64,000 bases of DNA, from contig OX597825.1 in NCBI GenBank assembly GCA_951406725.2, forward strand, positions 36,146,001 to 36,210,000, read 5' to 3'. The stretch is from Octopus vulgaris. Lineage: Eukaryota. Below the pieces are notes generated by a model. It saw only the letters and a list, made by a program, of their open reading frames with translations, had not been told where the DNA came from and ran no database searches. Of this stretch, positions 54,390-64,000 are shown one piece after another. Position 1 is the stretch's first letter. Every line of letters starts with the position of its first letter. A program made the translations under genes and the position numbers.

Positions 54390-54852
54390 TCACCTTGATC
54401 ACCTTGACTGACCAGTCCATCGGGTGTCCATTTGACACCGCTGGTCACAGCACGCTGTCCACTCCTCTATGGATCGCGCCTTTCTCATCCACGTGATCCC
54501 AATCGCCCTCCTGAAATCGTAACTCCACCGTCGTGGAGGCCTTCCGAGTGGTCGTTTCCGTTCGCGCGGGTACCACTCGACAACTGCGCGGGTCCACTGA
54601 TTATCGGTGAGCCGGGTGGCGTGTCCAGCCCATCTAAACTTGTTGCGTGTATATTCTACTATGACATCCCTCACGCCGGACTTCTCTCTGATGACCTTGT
54701 TACTGATGTGCTCTCTCAACGTGATTCCAAGCATTGACCTCACCCGCGCCAACCTCATCAATAGTACAGTTATACCTGCAATGTTATATGGTAGTGAAAC
54801 ATGGGCTACAACAAAGAGAGAAGAACAGAGATTGGTAACGACTCAAAGAACC
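54390..54852 (-). mobile_element. RTE-like LINE 3' fragment with inverted 5' segment
   Basis: Minus strand RSMLGITL...KFRWAGH...KRPLGRPPRRW; plus strand 54750-54852 VIPAMLYGSETW...LVTTQR. Confidence 0.88.
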
Positions 54853-55146
54853 ATATCTATCATTTAAAAGAATAATTAAAGAACACAGATCATTATCAAG
54901 CCAAATGATTTATGCGTTTTCTGGAGACAGAAAACATTATCTGATGACTTATTTTATTGTTTTATGTTTATACTTTTCTCTCTTTCTCAACATATGTATT
55001 GACCAGTTAATTGAAACTGTGTTTTATTGTGTTTCCATTATATTTCTTTCTTTATCTTGTGATATGCGAATCAATTCATATAAACATTTGCTATAGGTTT
55101 ATATCCGTGATAACACACGTTTTCTGTAGCAAATGAATTTTATAGA

Positions 55147-55237
55147 TGATTCTGATGAGTCGACATTCGATTGCATCGATATAAAGAAGCATACAGCAAT
55201 GCCTAAGTTCGAATGTCGATGAAACAATTGTAAATTT
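55147..55237 (+). ncRNA. Type I hammerhead ribozyme candidate with long stem II
   Basis: gatt-CTGATGA-gtcgacattcga...tcgaatgtcgat-GAAA-caatt GTA-aatt. Confidence 0.6.
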
Positions 55238-55521
55238 ATGTTATAAACTTGCTAACTTCACTCTCTTTGTTATTGTGTGTGTGTGTGTGTGTGTGTGTAT
55301 GATGGGTAAACCTATAACAACGTACGTAATGTCCTCACATTTGATAATACAGACAACTACTCACTCTAGATACAACCAATATTTAAGATATATCAGTCAA
55401 CAAGTTTGTTAAGTACTTCAGAACACCAAATGATAACACATACTTTAACCCTAGTATCACAGGAAAATGGTTGAAGGGCAAGATATCGGATAACAGCAGC
55501 AGCAGTAGCAAGGGATAAACA

Positions 55522-55566
<45 letters not shown>

Positions 55567-57289
55567 GCTGCTGCTGCTACTGCTACTACTACTGCTGCTG
55601 CTGCTGCTGCAGCTGCTGTTGCTGCTGCAGCTGCTGCTGCTACCACCACCACCACCACCACCACCACCACCACCTCCATCACCAATACGGATCTTTACCT
55701 TTTGACCTACAGATTTAGGTGGTAATTTTATTCAGTTGAATACACGTCATTGATTGGTTGAAATTACCGAAATACGAGACCTTTAACGTGAAATAACTTC
55801 GCAAATATAAGTTTTTCTCAAAAATGCTAAGAGTAAAAGATGTTTTATATGACACATTCTACCAGTGTCTGAAGTTTGAAAGTGTTTAGTAACACTTGTA
55901 TCTGTGTATAACTAAAGGTGAAGGAACTTCTGACCAGAATTTCACTCATGTTACGAACTTTTCTGAAAGAGAGGAGATGAGGGCTCAAGAATAGACACTG
56001 AAGAGAGTGGAAGGTGAAAACAGAAGTATTTTGTTAGAAGGGGATAATAGTTGGTGAGGAACTCATCAATTTAGAAATATGCTGGTTTGAGAGAAAATTA
56101 GTTGCTTTCATGCCTTCTTTTTTTTTCTTTTTTTTTTATATATTATTATTCAAAATAGTACAGGCTAGCTATTGTTATCATCGTTGTTTTATCGTAGCCC
56201 TAGATTACGTCTGATCAATTATATTTATGAACAAAGGTGTTTTAGACGTGACCAGCAAGTCCTATTTTCCCAACATAACGTTTCTGAAGCTTGTGATTCA
56301 GCTAGTCAAAGGATTCATTTAATTTCAAGACGTTGATAGAAATTTGATAGCTCTTTCAAATAAGTCAAGCGATCATACACACGCTCTCTCTTTAGATCGT
56401 GACATATATTAAAGCGATCTGGAGAAGATATACCCAGCTCCACGCTTTCTCAACTAAAACCAACAGCAAAAACGTATTTCATGTTACAGCCTACATTGAA
56501 TACCTGTGGGTCGTTGCCCCCTAGTATATTGTTCTCAATCAAGAGCAAGAACACAAAACCTGTAATACAAGTTTGTGTTGGTTATATCGTATAGATTTCA
56601 GTGATAAACCACAAACCACGTATCACACATTTCACTCCAAGATATGTGTGTATTTATGTCTTTATTTTTTATTTTTTTAATCTTGTATCTTTTATTTATT
56701 ATTTATTATTTTGTGCTTTTTATTTTTATCTTGAACTTTTTCTCCACTTTTCTCTTTTATTTAAATCTATTTTATCTTATTTTCATATAAGCACACGCAC
56801 ACATGCATACACACACGTACACACACGCACACACTCACATACACACACATGCATACACTTTCACACACAGCTCACACGCACACATCCCCACAGGAACACA
56901 CATACTTACACATACATGCACACACTCCCACACTCACACGCACATACACACACATCCCCACACGCACACATATACAGAGAGAGAGAGATAGTGAAGAGAG
57001 AGACAGGGTGACACAGTGAGTCGGACACACACACGCACCCGTACACATACATACACACACATACACACATACATACACACACATACACACATTCCCACTC
57101 CGTCAACGTACATATATCAACACGCGCACATACATACACTTACATTCACACCCGTCCATTCACACACCTTTCGGACTGCCTCTCAAACACCCTACCATCC
57201 CATCTACGCACATGTGCAAAAACACACAACTACACAAAACATTGCGTTACTTAGCCCGTCGGTAACGCTTAAACGTGATTAGAGAAAAG

Positions 57290-58159
57290 GTTCAGTTCTT
57301 GAATTTAGACATGCGGCAGGGTCTAAACTGTTTTTCTAGATGAGCTATTTTTCCATATCACAAAGACCGCACTTTCCACTGCCGTTGGTGTAGGGATTAC
57401 ACTTCGCTAAAATCTTCCAATCGATGTTGTAACTGACACCTTTATCTTTTAAGGACCATATATGACTGGATAATTTGGTCGTTTTCCTTTTATCTCAGTG
57501 CCTGAAGCTCAAGGTGTGATTATTGAACCTGGCCTTGAAATTACTCTCTGTAAGGCCCACGTATTTCTTCGTCGAAACCGTGTCCTTAGTGGATATAGAG
57601 TCCAAGATGGCTTCATAAATAATGGTCTCGGACATGCAAGCTCCATTTAGCGGGCACAAATATTTATCCATGCATGAACAGCTGGTTTCATATTGTGGTT
57701 TCTGTGTGTTGTGTGTGATTATATTTTTAAAATTAGTAGTTGAGCTGAAACTGATTTTTAAGTTATGTCTATTGAGCTTTCTGTAACTATGGTAGACTGG
57801 AAAATGTCTATCTATCAGTGCTAAGAAATACTTGCCTATATTGAAGGTCACTTCGGGCGAGTAGTGGGGTGTGAACAAGATAGTTTTCCTTTTCCTATGT
57901 TTCCTCTTCTTTATTATTGGACTGGTAGCAGGGGTATAGGTTATTTCCTCGCTAAAACCACTCTTTTAGGGCCTTATTATATACTGGTGCAACGCTATTA
58001 AAAATGTCCCTATCGGAGGAGAGGCTAGAAATTATTTTGCTAATGTTTTTAACTAAATTTTTAAACACTATGAGGGGGGCGGATAAGAGATGGCCGCGTG
58101 GGTTTCCACCCCGACATCCGAAGCTCGGAGTTTTATCATGGCTACCGAATAATTGTTAC

Positions 58160-58165
<6 letters not shown>
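57290..58165 (-). mobile_element. Penelope-like element 3' part (GIY-YIG endonuclease) abutting an inverted terminal-repeat fragment
   Basis: FTPHYS..NIGKYFLALIDRHFP, CSC..CPLNGAC..IIYEA..YVGLTE.NFKARFNNH. Confidence 0.88.
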
Positions 58166-58230
<65 letters not shown>

Positions 58231-58296
58231 ATAAAACGGTAAGATAACAAAAGAAAGAAAGAGACCTCAATATTATGTAAATAGAGGAAATTTATC

Positions 58297-58517
58297 TATA
58301 CAATATGTTACATTACTCGGTAGTCAAGATAAAACTCTGAGTTTCAGATGCCGAAGTGGAAATCCACAACACCATCTCTTCGGTTATCTGGCTATTTGAA
58401 AACGTTTTCATAACGTTTTCAAATAGCCAGATAACCGAAGAGATGGTGTTGTGGATTTCCACTTCGGCATCTGAAACTCAGAGTTTTATCTTGACTACCG
58501 AGTAATGTAACATATTG

Positions 58518-58521
<4 letters not shown>
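58297..58521. repeat. Perfect palindrome, 110-bp arms, 5-nt spacer
   Basis: 58297-58406 is the exact reverse complement of 58412-58521. Confidence 0.95.
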
Positions 58522-58594
<73 letters not shown>

Positions 58595-58599
58595 TATAA

Positions 58600-58722
58600 A
58601 GCAATTTCAACGGATTTCGCCCAAATTTGACGTCGATGTTACTTAGTTTGGTTTGAAATAAAGAACTTGATAAGCTGAAGAATCCTAACTTAATCCCGGG
58701 CAAAGCCGAGTTATGCTGCTAG
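58600..58722 (+). mobile_element. Helitron-like 3' end fragment
   Basis: GC-rich hairpin CCCGGGCAAAGCCGAG followed by CTAG|T. Confidence 0.55.
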
Positions 58723-58731
58723 TAAATATAT

Positions 58732-59734
58732 TGATACACCGCCTACGCTCAACTCAGGCCCACGATGCCACCACAGGCCCTAGCGTGCGGCGCGTGCCCT
58801 CAGTAAACTGGAAATCGACCACGGGATAGGGGGGAGGCAGCGAACGCAGCCAGGAACCAACACAACAACAAAAGAAAGAGAGACACACAGGCGGAGTTGC
58901 GTAATTCAGCAATTTTTTTTTTAACAAAACAAAAGCATTCACAACAAAGGCTAACAACATAATACAGAGTTCGAAAAACAAAGCGAATCATTTACATTTA
59001 AATACATTACAGAGTCGATTCTTCCAAAACAAATCATTTTCATTTGACACAGAGTTCACAATTAACAGTCTCTTAAAGTTCCACTTTTCTCTTCTTTCTT
59101 TTCTTTTCTCTCTCTTTTCTTCTAACACAGAGAGTTTGTTCACAAAGATCCCTTTCCTTTTCTTTTCAACAGTTTACGTCACAGAGTCTCTTTTTTTTCC
59201 ATTTAGACAACACAACGTTTCTCTTTTTTTTTTTCATTTAAATATCAGAATTCAAAACACGAATAAAAACATTATCGGCACGTTCCGCGTCTGCAGCATT
59301 CCATTAATAATCGAGTCTGCAACATTCTCTGAACCTCACAACTCCCACTACAACAACTTGCCTGGCCGCTCGATTGTCATCTCTGTCACTGACCGACATC
59401 CGATCTTCCGCTCACACTGACCCCTTGTTCGGTCTCTCGCTGACTGACTCGCAACTTAGCTCTACTCGTATATATAACGGCCGGCAGCTAGAAAAAGAGA
59501 GATATCGTACGACAACAGCATGTAACCCACTTCCCAACATTTTTATTTTTTAAAACTTTCCGTGACCTATGGGGCCAGAGATCAGGGCCTACGGTCATTA
59601 ATAATCGGGCTCCTTGACAAGACAAAGGAAGTACCACTGTCCTGAACAACTGGAGCGCCGGTTCGATTCCAACTAATGGAACAAGGGGCATAATGTTTTT
59701 TTGTTCGTTTACATTTTCCTTGGCGTCCGTAACA
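58732..59734. mobile_element. Probable solo LTR (about 1 kb)
   Basis: TG...CA ends with imperfect inverted termini TGATACACCGCC / GGCGTCCGTAACA; ATATAT on both flanks; non-coding. Confidence 0.55.
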
Positions 59735-60499
59735 ATATATATGTTAAACGAAATATGTAGGTCAATGGCCTAAAATTCCATTTCAAAGTCCTTGACAAAC
59801 TATAAAACCTGACAAGTAATTTGACGCGGAAACCGAGAAATTTAGGTCACCTCTGTCGCTTCATAGTTAATATGTACATGCACACAGATTATCTTTAATC
59901 TTTTGTCTCTTTCAGTCATTGGACTGGGACGATGCTGAAGCACTGCTTTGAAGAGTTTTTGTTAAACAAATTGACCTTAGTACTTTTAGAGTTTGGTACT
60001 TATTCTATTGATCTCTTTTGCCGAACCACAGGATTATGAGGATGTAAACAAACCGCAACCGGTTACCAAGCGGTGCGGTGGATCAAAGAGATGCAAAGAC
60101 ACACGCATATATAAATAACAGTAAATGTTAGGAGTCGGAGGTTATCATTTGTAACGGTAGGTGCAGTTATTCGTTTTGAGTGGTTATCCATGTGTAACGG
60201 GTGTGATGTTGCAAACGTGAAAGAAGAACAATGGTTGGCTTCAAATTCTTTATTTACTGTTACTTTATGTATAGCCATACAACGACAGCGGACGTGTATA
60301 ATATAAGTGAGAAAGCATGCGAGGTTAAGAGAGTTAATTTCTTGTATAAGTGAGTAGATGTTCTCGTCATAGTAGAAGGAAACCAAAGATAGTGATAGAG
60401 TGATGTTGTAGATAAGAGACATGAGCTAGTGAGAACGTGGGAGTGGTGGGACGAGGCAACTGCTTCGTTGGTGAGTTACCATAGTTGTCCTTCTGTGCT

Positions 60500-61373
60500 T
60501 TTTCATTCAGAGACGGCGTTTCGTTCAGCCGGTCAGTGTTGAGTCGTTCCATCTGTTGAACATAGAGTTCCACGTTGACCGTTTGGTTCCATTCAAGCAA
60601 TTCGTAATGGATAATCCCTTCCCAGTCCCACCATACGCACAACATCGTTTTACACGGATGAAGATCTTGTTTCACGCGCAGTGTCGCTTGTTTACTGGGG
60701 CTAAGCCTTTCCTTACGCTGCTTTATATTGGTGTACAGGCACCATTTTTCGTCGCCAGTAATGATTCAGCAAAGAAATCGTTGCTTGTGTCCATGAGTTG
60801 AGCGGTGACGAGCAAGCAAACCAGCGGAGAGTGTGGCTCGTTGATTTTTGTTGTTGTCACTTACAGCACGCGGAGGCCATGCTCTAAACTTCTGAACCTT
60901 TCGCATCGAGTGAAGATGCTTCTCTATAGCAGTGTAGGAGCATTCCATTTCCTCTGCCAGTTCCCTTGTCGTTTGACGAGAATTTTCGTGCAAAAGTTGG
61001 TTTAGTCGCTCTTCATCGAACTCAACTGGACGGCCAGAACGAGGTGCGTCTTTGAGATCAAAATTTCTATTTTTGAACTTGGTATTCCGATCACAAGCGG
61101 TTCTTTCAACTATGGCACACTCTCCATACACAGTGTAAATGTCGTGAGCAGCTTTTGTGGCCTCAGAACTTTGATTAATAGCAAAAACAAAGAGGTTTCG
61201 AAAATGCTCGTTTTTCTTAACTTGACATTTCATTTTAATCTGAAAAAAACCCCACAAAAATTAACTAAAATTAACTAGAAAAAAAAAGATTCCAAAATGA
61301 TTCAAAAATAAAATAGATTAAAAACGCAATAAATTCCAAAATTTAAAAAAACGGCGGGAACTTAATTGCCAAC

Positions 61374-61378
<5 letters not shown>
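60500..61378 (-). mobile_element. Degenerate mariner element (TIR, HTH, first part of catalytic domain)
   Basis: TIR TATTATGTTGGCAATTAAGTTCCCGCCG; DLKDAPRSGRP, QTTRELA, TGDEKW, TMLCVWWD. Confidence 0.9.
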
Positions 61379-61429
<51 letters not shown>

Positions 61430-61627
61430 TAGGTAGGTAGGTAGGTAGGTGCAGGCATCACTGACTGTGTTGTAAGAACCTTGCTTCCCAACCACATGAT
61501 TTCGGGTTCAGTCTCACAGCGTGCCACCTTGGGCAAGTGTCTTCTGCTTATAGCCTCGTGAGCGGATTTGGTAGACGGAAACTGAAGAAGCTTGTCGTAT
61601 GTGTATATATATATATATATATATATA

Positions 61628-62263
61628 CTAGCAGTATCGCCCGGCGTTGCTCGGGTTTGTAAGGGAAATAACTATATAAGCATTTTTAGAGAGTTATAGC
61701 CAAAAAATAGCAAAAAAATGCATTAAAAATGGAAAAAATATGATGGTAAATTTTTTTAAAATCGTTGACTCATCGTAGACATTTTTAGAGAGTTACTTCC
61801 CTTATATAATAGGGAAAAAATGCATTAAAATGGAAGAAAAACGATGGTAAATTTTTTTTAAATCGTAGACTCATGTAGACGCTTTCTTAGCCATTTCTGT
61901 TTTGGTGTCTTCAAGCCATGAAGTCGTTGTTCTAAAAGAACACTGGTCTACTTGACAACGCATTACGACGTTGATTTCCTTACACTCCCTTCCCCACAGG
62001 TGCAGGTGTGAGCGTGGACGCCAACTCCGCCGCCATCGACACACGAAAAATTATGCATTAAAATGGAATAAAAAATGATGTTAAATTATTTTTAAAATCG
62101 TAGACTCATCGTAGACGCGCGCTAATATTCAGACGGGCTCGATATGAATCACGACTATAAGCTACCCGAATTTGGTTAAACTGCACCGCAAAATGTGGGA
62201 GTAGTTAGGAATCTAAATCGAAGGGGACAGACACTCACACAACTACAGTTTTATATATATAGA
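61628..62263 (-). mobile_element. Complete non-autonomous Helitron
   Basis: A|TCTATATATATAAAA 5' end; 3' hairpin CCCGAGCAACGCCGGG then CTAG|T; internal repeated AT-rich units; inserted in (TA)n. Confidence 0.85.
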
Positions 62264-62289
62264 TATACATAGCGCAGTAGTGGTGAGAT

Positions 62290-62690
62290 GTGACAGCAAA
62301 GAAAAGCATACATTCACTCTCTGCATGCAATTAGACTCGGAAAGTTCGTGAGGAACCCATTGACCCAATTTGCTGACTTTTCCGATAGCACACAGGTCTC
62401 AATGAATGGTTGAATGACCAAATCCAAGCTTCTCTGCTAGTTCCTCAACAGTTACGATGAGATTTTGTTCCACCAGGGTTTTCAGGATGTCCTTGTCGAG
62501 TTCTACAGATCTTTCAGGATGAGGCTCGTCTTCTAGGCTGTAGTTTATGGCTCGGGATTTCTGGAACCACCATTGACACTGCGTTACGCTTATTGTCCAA
62601 TCCCCATATACTGCATTAATATTTCTTGTACTTTGCACACATTTATATTCTGTTATTCTTTTATATGTTTCAGCCTTGAGGTTGTGGCCA
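62290..62690 (-). mobile_element. mariner transposase N-terminal fragment
   Basis: RNINAVYG...QWWFQK...SLEDEP...TVEELAEKLGFGHSTI. Confidence 0.8.
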
Positions 62691-62994
62691 TGCTGGATCA
62701 TGTGTGTGTGTGTGTGTGTGTCTATCTGTCTGTCTGTCTGTATGTATATATGTATATGTATGTGTGTGAACAATAATATTTTCAACAGATGTGTTGCAAA
62801 TGTATCTGATTGTTCTCAAGCTTCAATACTGTGTGTGTGTATGTGTGTGTGTGTACGTATGTATGTATGTATATGTATGTATGTATGTATATGTATGTAT
62901 GTATGTATGTATGTGTGTATGTATGTATGTGTGTGTGTATGTATGTGTGTGTGTATGTGTGTGTATGTATGTATGTATGTATGTATGTATGTAT

Positions 62995-63945
62995 GTATGA
63001 GTGTATGTTTACTTTATTACTAACACAAGCCACTACGGTTATTTAATGTAAAGTCTTCCTCAAATCACTCTCTCTCTCTCTCTCTCTCGCTATTTACTCT
63101 CTTCCAAGAACATTTTCACTCACTCTTAGCTCTTAGCTTCCCATACATTTTACTCATGTATCTATCAGCGTCATAGACAGAATACTTTCAGTTTAGTCTT
63201 CCTCAAATCACTCTGTCGCTATTTACTTTAATTTTATTCGTTGCACACTGTGTGTGTGCGTTTGCGTGTGGTGTAAACCAGACTAAGAAAAGCATTTGAC
63301 ACACACACCAGAATGTGAGTTTTCTGTAAATTTTGCTTAATTGGAGTTTAAATTTTAAAAACTGGACCTGGCATGACGCGATGCATTGTACTCTTAAAAA
63401 TGCTAGGTAAATTGTAATTGAAGAAATCCTATATTGTAGATTTGTATAACTCCCAAAGGGAGGCAGATAAAATCTGCCTTTTATAATCTCTTATTATAAA
63501 AGGCAGATTTCATCTGCCTCCTTTTGGGAGTTATACAAATCTACAATATAGGATTTCTTCAATTACAATTTACCTAGCATTTTTAAAAGTACAAGGCATC
63601 GCGTCATGCCAGGTCCAGTTTTTAAAATTTAAACTCCAATTAAGCAAAATTTACAGAAAACTCACATTCTGGTGTGTGTGTGTCAAATGCTTTTCTTAGT
63701 CTGGTTTACACCACACGCAAACCACACACACAGTGGGCAACGAATAAAGTGAAACTAGATGTAATATTTGTTTCTCTCTATCACGCTGATAGATACATGA
63801 GTAAAATGTATGGGAAGCTAACACATAAGTGTGAGTGAAAATGTTCTTGGAAGAGAGTAAATAGCCAGAGATAGTGATTTGAAAAAGACTTTACATTAAA
63901 TAACCGTAGTGGCTTGTGTTAGTAATAAAGTAAACATACACTCAT
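62995..63945. repeat. Large inverted repeat (about 0.45-0.5 kb arms, 5-nt spacer at 63488-63492)
   Basis: Arms are reverse-complementary with scattered substitutions and indels, and continue into (TATG)n / (CATA)n. Confidence 0.92.
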
Positions 63946-64000
63946 ACATACATACATACATACATACATACATACATACATACATACATACACACACATA

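Noticed and set aside
55383-55685. Poly-Val/Ala/Leu ORF
   Set aside because: Compound trinucleotide repeat without splice or homology support

Overview
Eukaryotic, AT-rich, microsatellite- and transposon-dense DNA, most consistent with an octopus (coleoid cephalopod) genome; the species is inferred from the protein and repeat content. The only well-supported host gene is a 14-exon, minus-strand class 1/2 aldehyde dehydrogenase homologue (CDS 36140 to 9206; 1488 nt, 495 aa; all 13 introns GT-AG and phase-compatible). Its catalytic Cys302 is replaced by Arg, as expected for a lens omega-crystallin. The TATA/CRE promoter and first coding exon exist as two intact tandem copies (35.0 and 36.1 kb) plus a third fragment (37.85 kb). 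The rest is relic mobile DNA: Ty3/gypsy, mariner, piggyBac-like and Merlin-like MITEs, Helitrons, RLE-, RTE- and Tx1-type LINEs, Penelope-like elements and at least three tRNA-SINE families. By eye I also find three sequence-distinct minimal type I hammerhead ribozyme candidates (20.0, 47.9 and 55.2 kb, with relatives at 58.1-58.5 kb), a perfect 110-bp palindrome, a roughly 1-kb fold-back and a pre-miRNA-like hairpin between the duplicated promoters. Most ORFs in the supplied track are microsatellite artefacts. Exon and ribozyme coordinates were counted base by base; repeat boundaries are approximate.
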